Shown here in pieces: positions 10,490 to 20,184 of a stretch of 64,000 bases of DNA. Location of the stretch: the NCBI GenBank assembly GCA_041742355.1, contig JBGSIV010000299.1:1-64000 (forward strand). The letters run 5' to 3'. The notes under the pieces were generated by a model. The model saw nothing but the letters and a program-made list of their open reading frames with translations, searched no databases and had not been told where the DNA came from. A program made the translations under genes and the position numbers. How positions within the stretch are numbered: position 1 is the first letter of the stretch; each line of letters opens with the position of its first letter. Source of the stretch: Candidatus Zixiibacteriota bacterium. Its GTDB lineage: Bacteria; Zixibacteria; MSB-5A5; GN15; FEB-12.

Positions 10490-10676
10490 GGTCGCTGTTT
10501 GCCGGTATCCACTCGGCAGCCAAGTCGGTGGGACGAGTTGGTGCTGGTCCGGGTCAAGGCTTGTGGAGTCTTGATATGGCTTTCCAGAGGCGGTATATTT
10601 TGCCGTTCACACTACCGGTCCAGCGCCCTGACGCAGGACTTTGGTCCAATCACCTCGATTCGAAGGGCGGTCTGAT

Positions 10677-11441
10677 TTGAGCGAGCCGACACCACGCTTT
10701 TGGCAGATATTTTTCGAGGTTTTTGAGTCGCTGCCGAGGCAGGGACCGGGTAACCGAACCTGTGCTGCCAAGGCGCTTGCCATGTGTAGCGGCCTGCCGC
10801 CTTTGCCCAGAGTGTTGGATCTCGGCTGCGGTGTCGGCGGGCAGACGATTTACCTTGCCGAACTGACTTCGGGTGCTGTTGTGGCTATCGACAACCACGT
10901 TCCCAGCATCGAGCGATTGAGGGTAAAGGTGTCAGAGTTAGGGCTCTCCCAACGAGTTTCGCCGGTGGTCGGCGATATGGCCCACCCGGGACTACCGCCT
11001 TCGAGCTTTGACCTCGTCTGGTCGGAGGGGGCGCTCTATAACATTGGCATTGAAAGGGCCCTGGGGATCTGTCATGGACTTCTTCGCCCCGGAGGGTACC
11101 TCGCCTTCACCGACGCAGTCTGGCGCAAGGAGAACCCACCGGTCGAAGTGAGAGAGAGCTTTGACCTCGATTACCCGACCATGGGTACGGTCCCTGATGT
11201 TCTGGCGGCCATTGAAGGTTCCGGGTTTTCGCTGATCGGGCACTTCACATTACCGGACGACGCCTGGTGGGAGGATTTCTACACGCCGATGGAGCTTCGC
11301 ATCGAGGAGTTGCGCGGCAAGTATGCGGCCGACAACGAAGCGCTTGCTGTGCTTGACCAACTCAAGCAGGAACCCGCGATGCACCGGAGGTACTCAGACT
11401 ACTATGCCTATGAGTTTTTCGTGTTGTGCCGGGTAAAGTGA
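10677..11441 (+). CDS. Class I SAM-dependent methyltransferase
   Basis: VLDLGCGVG, SFDLVWSEGA, LRPGGYL; TTG start at 10677 inferred. Confidence 0.9.
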   Translation: MSEPTPRFWQIFFEVFESLPRQGPGNRTCAAKALAMCSGLPPLPRVLDLGCGVGGQTIYLAELTSGAVVAIDNHVPSIERLRVKVSELGLSQRVSPVVGDMAHPGLPPSSFDLVWSEGALYNIGIERALGICHGLLRPGGYLAFTDAVWRKENPPVEVRESFDLDYPTMGTVPDVLAAIEGSGFSLIGHFTLPDDAWWEDFYTPMELRIEELRGKYAADNEALAVLDQLKQEPAMHRRYSDYYAYEFFVLCRVK

Positions 11442-11690
11442 ATGAGCCGGAGTCCTTGTTCCTCGAGTACTATGGCCTGTCGTGAATGCATCCACCTGAG
11501 TATTTGTGCAGTCAGGTAATACCGGATTGGGAACCGGAACGTCACAAGGGCGTGGAGAGGGTGGACTGGCGTTGCTACAGAGCGCAAGAACTCCTGCCGG
11601 AGTGATTGAGCCTTCTCCTTCCATGGATGGCAGGAGTGTATGTCGCAGGCGGCGCCGACGTTATCCGCAACCGGATGTCTCCAGAAAGCC

Positions 11691-12311
11691 CTACCCCTTT
11701 CGCTGCCCCGCCAAGTACGCCCGGATCAGGCAGTCGATCGTTTTTTCGAGGCGCCCCCAGCCGAAGTTGGAGTGCAGGTCTATGCCGAGGTACTTGTCGG
11801 CCGTGCGCGAACACAGCACCATGTGGGTGAGACCGGCATGGACCAGGGCTATAACCGCGCCGACGTCGATCTCCGGGTAGGCGGCCGAGTCGATCGAGAG
11901 TGCCGCCAGGAGTTCCGACCCTCGCTTTTCGCGGACGGCGGCGAACTTCTCAGTCAGTTCGTTGCGCTCGAAGAGCTCCCAGCGGGCCACTTCCTGGGTC
12001 GGCTTGCGGCGCCGCAGTTCCTTCAGGCTGTTGGTGAGCACACGGATTAGGGCATCCTCCGGATCCGCCACGCGGCGCGGGTTAACGCCGGGTCCGAACA
12101 AGTCAACGGTCGAGGGCCAGAGACTGGTCTCTTCGCCGATCGCCCGCAGCACCTCCGACAGGCTTCCGAAGTAGCGGTAAATCAGGACTTTGTCAACTCC
12201 GGCTTCCCGCGCGAGAGAGTTGATGCCAAAATCCCGCCCTCCGGACTTTGTCAGGAGGCGCTCGGCCGCCTTGAGTATCCGCTCTCTGGTCTCCACCTTG
12301 TCACGCTTCAT
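11691..12311 (-). CDS. TetR/AcrR family transcriptional regulator
   Basis: TRERILKAAERLL...INSLAREAGVDKVLIYRYFGS HTH; GAGGAGG RBS before ATG 12311. Confidence 0.92.
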   Translation of the reverse strand: MKRDKVETRERILKAAERLLTKSGGRDFGINSLAREAGVDKVLIYRYFGSLSEVLRAIGEETSLWPSTVDLFGPGVNPRRVADPEDALIRVLTNSLKELRRRKPTQEVARWELFERNELTEKFAAVREKRGSELLAALSIDSAAYPEIDVGAVIALVHAGLTHMVLCSRTADKYLGIDLHSNFGWGRLEKTIDCLIRAYLAGQRKG

Positions 12312-12568
12312 GGCGACATCCTCCTCGGGACACGAAATCTCGACGTCATCTGTCCGGTCTGGCACAGGATGCCGGTCTGTAAGTGATGCGATGACCGGTC
12401 AATGGTCCGTTTATCGTGAAGCGGACGGTTGCCCCAGAGCGCGAAAAGTGGGGCACCCGTTCGTTGATTGCGATCAGACGACACTCGTCCCTGCCGATAG
12501 GACGGAAACGAGGCGGTGGCGCTTGCAGGTTCGGCAGGGAATGTGGCGCGCGGGCGGACTCAGTTTAT

Positions 12569-12677
12569 GTCACCGCCCAGCGACAGTTAAAATCATCGTC
12601 ACCTAACGGTGACTTGTCAAGTTCTTTCGGGGGCTCTTGGCCTGTTAGGGAGCCGAAACAATTCACCGATCGGTGAC
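12569..12677. promoter_or_regulatory. Three GTCACC-N4-GGTGAC palindromes (candidate TetR operators)
   Basis: GTCACCgcccAGCGAC 12569-12584, GTCACCtaacGGTGAC 12598-12613, TTCACCgatcGGTGAC 12662-12677. Confidence 0.6.
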
Positions 12678-12875
12678 ACCGGGCTCCACGTTATCGGCGC
12701 AACTCAAATATGGATCGTAACCTACACGAATCCGGCATCGCTGTCGTTAAATTTCACCGAAAAACTCCGCTATCGCTTTCCTGAAGTCAACTGATTGTAT
12801 CCTAATTCGCTTCTCGACCCCTCATTGGTATACTGCAGTCGCTTCCCCTCTCCAACCCGCTTGTCCAAATCTGTC

Positions 12876-12904
12876 TTGACATGGATAATGCGCTCGATTA
12901 TATG
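12876..12904 (+). promoter_or_regulatory. sigma70-type promoter of the hdr-mvh operon
   Basis: TTGACA 12876-12881, 17 bp spacer, TATATG 12899-12904. Confidence 0.55.
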
Positions 12905-12990
12905 CGTAACAGAAGGCTGACTCGTATGGGTCAAGCCGGCGTCAGGGACTACCGATCGCAGTCAAGAACCTGAATCCTCGCGGAGGAGTT

Positions 12991-13581
12991 GTGGAAGAGA
13001 AGACCTCTCCCTTTCCCAGAAAGGAAGCCGAGCTTCGCGCCGCCTTCTGGGATCAAGTAAGCAGTTTTCCCGAAGGCCACAAGGTCAGGCTCTGCCTGCA
13101 GTGTGGTACCTGCACCGGGGCGTGTCCGGTTTCGTACGCGATGGACATCACCCCGCGCCAGACAATCGCCCTCTTTCGCGCCGGCCACCTCGAGGAGATC
13201 CTCAACAGCCGCGCGATCTGGATGTGCGCGTCCTGCTACTCGTGTACGGTCCGCTGCCCCGTCGGGATCAAGGTCACCGATACCATGTATGCGCTGAAGC
13301 GTGTGGCAATGGACAAGGGGATCTACCCGCGGCAGTTCCCGGTTCACACGCTGTCCCGGATATTTGTGAACTACATCAAGAAGTACGGGCGCAACTATGA
13401 GTTGGGACTGGGTACGCGGTATCTGCTGGCCACCCGACCTTCGAAGATGTTGGGAAGCGCCGGGCTCGGCCTGTCGCTCATTCGCAGCGGCCGGATGGGG
13501 TTGGTCCCGAAGAAGCTCAAGCGGGTCAACCAGATCCGTGCGATTATCGAGAAGGCGAATCAGTTCGGGGAGGGTGTATGA
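12991..13581 (+). CDS. hdrC: Heterodisulfide reductase subunit C
   Basis: CLQCGTCTGACP and IWMCASCYSCTVRCP; GGAGGAG RBS before GTG; directly upstream of hdrB. Confidence 0.92.
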   Translation: MEEKTSPFPRKEAELRAAFWDQVSSFPEGHKVRLCLQCGTCTGACPVSYAMDITPRQTIALFRAGHLEEILNSRAIWMCASCYSCTVRCPVGIKVTDTMYALKRVAMDKGIYPRQFPVHTLSRIFVNYIKKYGRNYELGLGTRYLLATRPSKMLGSAGLGLSLIRSGRMGLVPKKLKRVNQIRAIIEKANQFGEGV

Positions 13582-14468
13582 TGGACTTTGCCTACTATCC
13601 CGGCTGCAGCCTCGAGCACACGGCCAGTCCTTACGACAAGTCGATCCGGGCGGTCTTTTCCTCCCTGGGGATCGGGCTGCATGAAATCGAAGACTGGAAC
13701 TGTTGCGGCGCCACGATGTACATGTCGGTCAAGAAGATCGTCGGCTACTCGATCAGTGCCCGCAACCTCGCCCTTGCCCAGAATATGGGAATGCAGATCT
13801 GCGCCCCCTGTTCGAGTTGCTACACCATTCTCCAAAAGACCAACCGGCACATCGCTTGGGATCCCCGTGAACGCGCTAAGATAAACCAGGCACTGGCGGC
13901 GGCCGACCTGTCCTACGATACCCTCGTGGAGGTGCGGCACCCGCTTGATATCCTTGTGAACGACTATGGCCTACAGGAGATCATCGGCCGGGTGACAACC
14001 CCCCTGACCGGACTCCGTGTGGCGCCGTACTATGGCTGCCAGGTCGTGCGGCCGCACGGCTTGTTCGACGATGTGGATGACCCGGTGACCATGGACAAGC
14101 TGCTGGCCTGTGTTGACGCCGAGGTGGTCAATTATCCCTGCAAAGTGCGCTGCTGCGGCGGGATGCTCATGATCACGCAGGAGGACCTTGCGCTCGGATT
14201 GAATATGAGACTGCTCGAAGCGGCGGTGGAGAACGGCGCGCAGGTGATTGCGACTGCCTGTCCGCTGTGCCAGATGAACCTCGAGGCTTACCAGAAGAAG
14301 ATCAACGCGATGTTCAACCGCAACTTCCACATCCCGATCGTGTACTTCAGCCACCTGCTCGGGCTTGCCCTGGGACTCGATGCGAAGACTCTGGGGCTCG
14401 ATCAGCTGTATGTCCCGCTGGATCTGTCGCGGGCGGCGGTGCTTCAACCTTCAGAGGTGCACTCATGA
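13578..14468 (+). CDS. hdrB: Heterodisulfide reductase subunit B
   Basis: Two CCG domains: YYPGCS/WNCCGA/PCSSC and YYGCQ/RCCGG/ACPLCQMNL. Confidence 0.95.
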   Translation: MMDFAYYPGCSLEHTASPYDKSIRAVFSSLGIGLHEIEDWNCCGATMYMSVKKIVGYSISARNLALAQNMGMQICAPCSSCYTILQKTNRHIAWDPRERAKINQALAAADLSYDTLVEVRHPLDILVNDYGLQEIIGRVTTPLTGLRVAPYYGCQVVRPHGLFDDVDDPVTMDKLLACVDAEVVNYPCKVRCCGGMLMITQEDLALGLNMRLLEAAVENGAQVIATACPLCQMNLEAYQKKINAMFNRNFHIPIVYFSHLLGLALGLDAKTLGLDQLYVPLDLSRAAVLQPSEVHS

Positions 14469-15442
14469 GCAACACACCCGAACACAACGGCAACGGCATC
14501 CGTGTCGGCGTCTATGTCTGCCACTGCGGGAGTAATATCGCGAAGACGGTCGATGTCGTCGCGGCGGCTGAAGCGGCAGGCCAACTCCCCGGTGTGGTAG
14601 TCGCGCGGCACTACCGCTTCATGTGTTCCGACCCGGGACAAGAATTGATCCAGAAGGATATCAAGGAACTGAAGCTGAACCGCATTGTGGTCGCCGCCTG
14701 CAGCCCGCTCATGCATGAGCAGACGTTCCGCAAGGCGGTCGAAGGGGCCGGCCTGAACCGTTATTTCTTCGAGATGGCCAATATCCGCGAACAGGTCAGC
14801 TGGGTGACGATTGACTCCCGGGCTGCCACGGAGAAAGTGCACCGGTTGATCCGCGGGTCGGTCGCGCGCGTGCATTTTCATGAGCCGCTCGAGATGCGCC
14901 GGGTGCCGATCAAGAAACGCGTGATGATCGTCGGCGGCGGTATCGCCGGAATCGAGGCTGCCCTCCAGATCGCCGACGCCGGATTCGAGGTCGTCCTGGT
15001 GGAACGGGAGGCCTCTATCGGCGGTCACATGGCGCAGTTCGACAAGACTTTTCCGACGCTGGATTGTGCCGCCTGCATTCTCACCCCGAAGATGGTCGCA
15101 GTCGGGAAGCACCCCAATATCCGCCTGATGACCTGGGCCGAGGTTGACCAGGTGACCGGCTTTGTGGGGGATTTCAAGATCAAAGTGCGCCGGAAAGCGC
15201 GCTACGTCGATGTGGATAAGTGCAACAGCTGCGGCTCGTGCTACGAAGCCTGTCCCAGCCAGCCGTCGCCGCGGTTCCGCCGGCTCAAGCTTGGCTCGCA
15301 GGTAATCTGCGAGGGCAGGGCGCTGCAGATTCGCCATCCCAGCGTCCTTGGCCCCGAGCACGATCTGACCATGCTGACAGGCGCGCAACCGATGCCGGAG
15401 TCGGTGTCGGTGCCGGTGCCGGTGAAAGGAGGCGCCCGGTGA
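14465..15442 (+). CDS. hdrA: Heterodisulfide reductase subunit A, N-terminal half (325 aa)
   Basis: GVYVCHCG, MCSDPGQ, AACSP, NIREQ, GGGIAG, IGGHMAQFDKTFPTLDCAACILTPKM, then one CNSCGSCYEACP motif and a divergent tail. ATG overlaps the hdrB stop. Confidence 0.92.
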   Translation: MSNTPEHNGNGIRVGVYVCHCGSNIAKTVDVVAAAEAAGQLPGVVVARHYRFMCSDPGQELIQKDIKELKLNRIVVAACSPLMHEQTFRKAVEGAGLNRYFFEMANIREQVSWVTIDSRAATEKVHRLIRGSVARVHFHEPLEMRRVPIKKRVMIVGGGIAGIEAALQIADAGFEVVLVEREASIGGHMAQFDKTFPTLDCAACILTPKMVAVGKHPNIRLMTWAEVDQVTGFVGDFKIKVRRKARYVDVDKCNSCGSCYEACPSQPSPRFRRLKLGSQVICEGRALQIRHPSVLGPEHDLTMLTGAQPMPESVSVPVPVKGGAR

Positions 15443-15960
15443 AGACCGCAGTTGACAATCACTATGACCTGGCCGAAGCGATCGATGCGATCGTAAGCAG
15501 GTATGAGGCGAAACAAACCGCCCTCATCATGATCCTTCAGGATGTTCAGAAGCACTACCGCTACCTCCCAGTCGAAGCCCTTCGGCTGGTGGCGAAGAGA
15601 ATGGATCTGCCGGTCGCGCAGATTTTCGGAGTGGCTACATTCTACCGGTCATTCAGTTTGAAGCCCAAAGGGAAGAACCACGTGTGCGTCTGCACCGGGA
15701 CTGCCTGCCACGTGCGGCAGGCCGGGGTGATTGTGGATCGCCTGGAAACCGCCCTCAAAATCAAGGCGGGCGAGACCACCGGCGACCAGCAGTTCAGTCT
15801 CGAGACGGTAAACTGCCTGGGCGCCTGCGCGCTTGGTCCGCTGGTGACGGCCAACGAGCAGTACTACGGGAATATGACGGTACGCAAGGTCGATCGGATG
15901 CTGGCGGAACTCCAGGGAACAATAGCCGAAGCAGACCCGGATGAAGAGGAGGAGGCATGA
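15439..15960 (+). CDS. NuoE/HydC-like [2Fe-2S] subunit
   Basis: LIMILQDVQ, VATFY, VCTGTACH, VNCLGACALGP; GTG overlaps the previous TGA. Confidence 0.92.
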   Translation: MKTAVDNHYDLAEAIDAIVSRYEAKQTALIMILQDVQKHYRYLPVEALRLVAKRMDLPVAQIFGVATFYRSFSLKPKGKNHVCVCTGTACHVRQAGVIVDRLETALKIKAGETTGDQQFSLETVNCLGACALGPLVTANEQYYGNMTVRKVDRMLAELQGTIAEADPDEEEEA

Positions 15961-17966
15961 GCGACATGCGATTCACTTCAGCCGCAGATGTCGACGAGTA
16001 TCGCCGGAAGCTGATCAGGCAGAGGAATGACGACAAGACGATCATCGCGCTCTGCGCCGGCACCGGTTGCCTCGCGTGCGGCTGCGAAGCGGTGAGCGAG
16101 GCTTTCCGAGAAGCTCTTGCCGGCAGCAACCTCGAGCGAGAGGTCGAACTCAAACGCACCGGCTGTCACGGCTTCTGCGAGCGCGGTCCGCTGGCCGTGA
16201 TCCAGCCCCAGGGGGTCTTCTACCAGAAGCTCAAGCCGGCCGACGCGAAGCTCATTGTCGAGCAGACAATCAAAGGGGGGCAACTGGTCAAGCGGCTGCT
16301 TTACCGCGATCCGCAAACGAAGGAGACGATCGTCCACGAGAAGGACATCCCTTTCTACAAGAAGCAGATGCGCCTAATATTCGGCAAGAACGGCTTCATG
16401 GACCCGACCGCGATCAACGACTACATCGCACTCGGTGGGTACAGTGCTGTCGTCAAAGCGCTGCGGATGAAGCCCGAAGACATCATCAAAGAAATCACTC
16501 TCTCCGGCCTTCGCGGGCGCGGCGGCGGCGGGTATCCGACGGGACGGAAATGGGCTTCATGCCGCAAGGCCAAGGGCACCCCGAAGTACATCATCTGCAA
16601 CGCCGATGAAGGCGATCCCGGCGCTTTCATGGACCGTTCGCTTTTGGAGGGGAATCCTCATTCGGTGGTCGAAGGGATGATTATCGGCGCCTATGCGATC
16701 GGCTGCAGCGAGGGGTTTGTGTACGTTCGCAATGAATATCCCCTTGCGGTGAAGAATCTCGTACACGCCATCAAGACGGCGCGTGAGTGCGGCCTGCTCG
16801 GCCAGAACATTCTCGGCACCGGCTTCAATTTTGACATTGATATATCACGCGGCGGCGGCGCTTTTGTCTGCGGTGAATCGACCGCCCTGATGGCGTCTCT
16901 CGAAGGAAAGACCGGCGAGCCTCGCGCCAAGTACATCCACACGGTTGAGGCCGGCCTCTGGGACAAGCCGAGCTGTCTGAACAATGTCGAGACCTGGGCC
17001 AATGTCCCGATCATCATCGAGATGAACGCGACCAAGTACGCCGAAATCGGCACCTCGGGTTCGAAAGGGACCAAGGTCTTCGCCCTGACCGGGAAGGTAA
17101 ACAACACCGGTCTCGTCGAGGTCCCGATGGGGATCACGTTGCGCGAGATCCTCTACGATATCGGCGGCGGCGTGCGGGGGAAGAAACGCTTCAAAGCGGT
17201 CCAGACAGGCGGGCCATCCGGCGGCACGCTGATAGTGGAAACGGGGGAGAGGGGGATCCACGACAGCATGGTCGCCCACGGTGACCTGCGGGAGGATGAG
17301 GAAGCGGTCAACCTGCTCGATCTGCCGGTCGATTTCGATGAGCTGACCAAGGACGGCTCGATGATGGTCTCTGGCGGCATGATCGTAATGGACGAAGACT
17401 CCTGCATGGTCGATGTCGCCCGGTACTTCCTGACCTTCCTCAAGGAGGAGAGCTGCGGCAAGTGTCTTCCCTGCCGCGAAGGTATCCGGCGGATGCTGGA
17501 GATCCTCACGCGCATCAGCGACGGCGAGGGGGCAATGGAGGATCTCGCGGAGCTCGAGGAGATGAGCCAGGTGCTGATCGACACCAGCCTGTGTCAGCTC
17601 GGCGGAAGCGCGCCCAACCCGATCCTCTCGACGATCCGCTACTTCCGCCAGGAGTACAAGGCGCACATTCTCGACAAGCGATGCCCGGCCGGCGTGTGCA
17701 AGGCCCTGGTCTCGCACGCGATCACCGAGAAGTGCACCGGCTGCCGCTCCTGCGCCAAGCCCTGTCCCACCGCGGCTATCATCGGCGAATCAAAAGGCCT
17801 GCACCACATCATCCAGGAGAAGTGCATCCAGTGCGGCGCCTGCTACCAGATCTGCAAGCACGATGCCATCGTGCGGGTGAAGCGCGGCGACGGTGATGCG
17901 GTACAAGCCCGCGCCGCCGGACTGTGGAAAGGTAAACCCAAAGCCGAACCCGTGGCGGTCGCATAG
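15957..17966 (+). CDS. NuoF/HydB-like FMN/NADH-binding subunit with N-terminal [2Fe-2S] and C-terminal 2x[4Fe-4S] domains
   Basis: CAGTGC/TGCHGFCE, GLRGRGGGGYPTG, NADEGDPGAFMDR, AFVCGESTAL, GGPSGG, ESCGKCLPCREG, H..DKRCPAGVC, two CxxCxxCxxxC motifs. Confidence 0.95.
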   Translation: MSDMRFTSAADVDEYRRKLIRQRNDDKTIIALCAGTGCLACGCEAVSEAFREALAGSNLEREVELKRTGCHGFCERGPLAVIQPQGVFYQKLKPADAKLIVEQTIKGGQLVKRLLYRDPQTKETIVHEKDIPFYKKQMRLIFGKNGFMDPTAINDYIALGGYSAVVKALRMKPEDIIKEITLSGLRGRGGGGYPTGRKWASCRKAKGTPKYIICNADEGDPGAFMDRSLLEGNPHSVVEGMIIGAYAIGCSEGFVYVRNEYPLAVKNLVHAIKTARECGLLGQNILGTGFNFDIDISRGGGAFVCGESTALMASLEGKTGEPRAKYIHTVEAGLWDKPSCLNNVETWANVPIIIEMNATKYAEIGTSGSKGTKVFALTGKVNNTGLVEVPMGITLREILYDIGGGVRGKKRFKAVQTGGPSGGTLIVETGERGIHDSMVAHGDLREDEEAVNLLDLPVDFDELTKDGSMMVSGGMIVMDEDSCMVDVARYFLTFLKEESCGKCLPCREGIRRMLEILTRISDGEGAMEDLAELEEMSQVLIDTSLCQLGGSAPNPILSTIRYFRQEYKAHILDKRCPAGVCKALVSHAITEKCTGCRSCAKPCPTAAIIGESKGLHHIIQEKCIQCGACYQICKHDAIVRVKRGDGDAVQARAAGLWKGKPKAEPVAVA

Positions 17967-17969
17967 GAG

Positions 17970-19733
17970 ATGAATATGGCACAGGTTCATGTCAACATAG
18001 ACGGCCACGATATCGTGATGGAGGAAGGGGCTTATGTGCTCGAGGGAGCACGATCGCTGGGTATTCGCATCCCGACCCTCTGCCACTACCCGTACATGAC
18101 GCCGTATGCCGCCTGCCGCATTTGCGCGGTGGAGGCCCGCGACGGCAAGGGCTGGACCAAGATCGTCACTGCGTGCAACTACCCCGTGTGGGACGGTCTG
18201 GAAATTCACACCGGCACCCCGCGGGTGATGAACGCCCGGCGAGTCAACCTCGAGATGCTTATGAGCCGCAGTGCGCCGGTTCCGGTGCTGCAGCAACTCG
18301 CCGATGAACTTGGTATCGAGAAACCCCGCTGGGGCACGGGCGACGATACCTGCATCCTGTGCGGGTTGTGCGTGCGCGTGTGCGACGAAGTCGTCGGTGC
18401 GCACGCGCTGGCGTTCAGCGACCGGGGGATCTTCCGCAAAGTAGCGACTCCCTTCGGCGGCCAGAGCGATGACTGCATTCTCTGCGGGGCGTGTGCCAAA
18501 GTCTGCCCGACCGGGCATATCGCCCTTGACGATATCAACCAGCGGCAGGTGGTTCACCGGGATATCAGCCTCGCTCCCAACTCGGCGATCAGCCTGCCGT
18601 TCCGACAGGCGGTGCCCAACGTGCCGAGGATAGAACCGGAGCACTGCATTCACTTCAACACCGGCGGCTGCAAAGTCTGCTCGCAGGTGTGTCCGAAAGA
18701 CTGCATTCAATACGATGACACCGAACAGATCGAGGAGATCGAAGTGGGGGCGGTCATTCTCGCGACCGGCTTCGACAGCTTCGATCCGAGCGTGATGAAG
18801 CAGTACGGCTACGGCCGGTATCCGAATGTGGTGACCGCCGAGCAGTTCGAGATGATGAACAACGCGGCCGGTCCGACCGGCGGGCGAATCCTGCTGGAGA
18901 ACGGGGAAGAGCCGCGGGCGATTGGCATCGTCCACTGCGTCGGCAGCCGCGATCAGAACCATCATAAGTACTGCAGCCGCGTCTGCTGCATGTATGCCTT
19001 CAAGTTCTCACATTTGGTCAAGGAGAAGACGAAAGCCGAGGTCTACCAGTTCTACATCGACATCCGCAGCTATGGCAAGGGCTACGAGGAATTCTATCAG
19101 CGGATTCTCGATGAGGACGTGAACATCATCCGGGGTCGCGGCGCCGAGGTCGTTCCGGCTTCGTACCGTCGGACCGAAGAGGGGCAACTCCTCGTGCGGT
19201 GTGAGGACACGCTCATCGGGAAATTCCGCGAGGTGCCGGTCGATATGGTGATCCTCTGCACCGCGCTGGAGGCCCGGGCCGACGCCAAGGAGGTAGCCCG
19301 CAAGTTCAATATCTCCACCGGCGCGGACGGCTGGTTTATTGAAGCTCACCCGAAACTCGGGCCGGTGTCGACGACCACCGACGGCGTTTACCTCGCCGGC
19401 GCCTGCCAGAGTCCGAAGGACATTCCGGACACCGTCTCGCAGGGGGGCGCGGCCGCCTCGCACGTGCTCAAGCTCCTCTGCCTTGGCGAGATCCTGCTCG
19501 ACGCGGCCTTTGCCGAGATTCGCGAGGAGAATTGCAGCGGCTGCCGCATCTGCAACGGGTTGTGTCCGTACAACGCCATCGATTTCATCGCCGAGAAGAA
19601 GGTGAGCAAGGTGAACGCGGCGATGTGCAAAGCCTGCGGAACCTGCGTGGCGGCCTGTCCCACCGGGGCCATTGTGGGCAAACACTTCACTGACGAGCAG
19701 ATTTACGCTCAGATCGAGGGGATACTCACATGA
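17970..19733 (+). CDS. Fusion of a NuoG/HoxU-like Fe-S N-terminus with the HdrA C-terminal half
   Basis: N-terminal IPTLCH...ACRICAVE...TAC, CILCGLCVRVC, CILCGACAKVCP. From about 18579 it is HdrA: PFRQAVP, EVGAVILATG, YGYGRYPNVVT, CVGSRD, YCSRVCCMYAFK, FYIDIR, HPKLGPV, AGACQSPKDI, terminal ferredoxin. Confidence 0.92.
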   Translation: MNMAQVHVNIDGHDIVMEEGAYVLEGARSLGIRIPTLCHYPYMTPYAACRICAVEARDGKGWTKIVTACNYPVWDGLEIHTGTPRVMNARRVNLEMLMSRSAPVPVLQQLADELGIEKPRWGTGDDTCILCGLCVRVCDEVVGAHALAFSDRGIFRKVATPFGGQSDDCILCGACAKVCPTGHIALDDINQRQVVHRDISLAPNSAISLPFRQAVPNVPRIEPEHCIHFNTGGCKVCSQVCPKDCIQYDDTEQIEEIEVGAVILATGFDSFDPSVMKQYGYGRYPNVVTAEQFEMMNNAAGPTGGRILLENGEEPRAIGIVHCVGSRDQNHHKYCSRVCCMYAFKFSHLVKEKTKAEVYQFYIDIRSYGKGYEEFYQRILDEDVNIIRGRGAEVVPASYRRTEEGQLLVRCEDTLIGKFREVPVDMVILCTALEARADAKEVARKFNISTGADGWFIEAHPKLGPVSTTTDGVYLAGACQSPKDIPDTVSQGGAAASHVLKLLCLGEILLDAAFAEIREENCSGCRICNGLCPYNAIDFIAEKKVSKVNAAMCKACGTCVAACPTGAIVGKHFTDEQIYAQIEGILT

Positions 19734-20173
19734 GCTTTGAACCGAGAATCATCGGCTTCCTCTGCAACTGGTGCAGCTACACGGGAGCCGATCTGGCCGG
19801 TACCGCCCGGATGAAGTACCCGCCCAACATGACCAGCATCCGCGTCATGTGCAGCGGGCGTATCGACCCCGGGTTCATCCTGAGCTCGTTTCGCAAGGGG
19901 GCCGACGGCGTGCTCGTGTGCGGCTGCCATCCGGGCGACTGCCACTATGTCGAGGGAAACTACAAGTGCCTGCGCCGGATGCTCCTGACCCGACAGCTGA
20001 TCAAGGACTTCGGTATCGATCCCGTCCGGCTGCGCCTTGAATGGGTGTCGGCCTCGGAGGGAGCCCGCTTCCAGGAAGTCATTACCGAATTCACCGAGCA
20101 GATCCGGTCGCTCGGTCCACTCAAACTCGGCGGCCTCGTTCCCGAAGTGGAACGGACCGCAGTGCACACCTGA
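19730..20173 (+). CDS. mvhD: Methyl-viologen-reducing hydrogenase delta subunit
   Basis: FLCNWCSYTGADLAG, RVMCSGR, GCHPGDCHY, WVSASEG. Confidence 0.95.
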   Translation: MSFEPRIIGFLCNWCSYTGADLAGTARMKYPPNMTSIRVMCSGRIDPGFILSSFRKGADGVLVCGCHPGDCHYVEGNYKCLRRMLLTRQLIKDFGIDPVRLRLEWVSASEGARFQEVITEFTEQIRSLGPLKLGGLVPEVERTAVHT

Positions 20174-20184
20174 GCGAGGCATAC

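Noticed and set aside
14465..15442. hdrA as a truncated pseudogene
   Set aside because: The missing half is present and intact in 17970-19733, and the genes are translationally coupled.
15439..19733. Respiratory complex I or [FeFe]-hydrogenase
   Set aside because: No membrane Nuo subunits and no H-cluster motifs.
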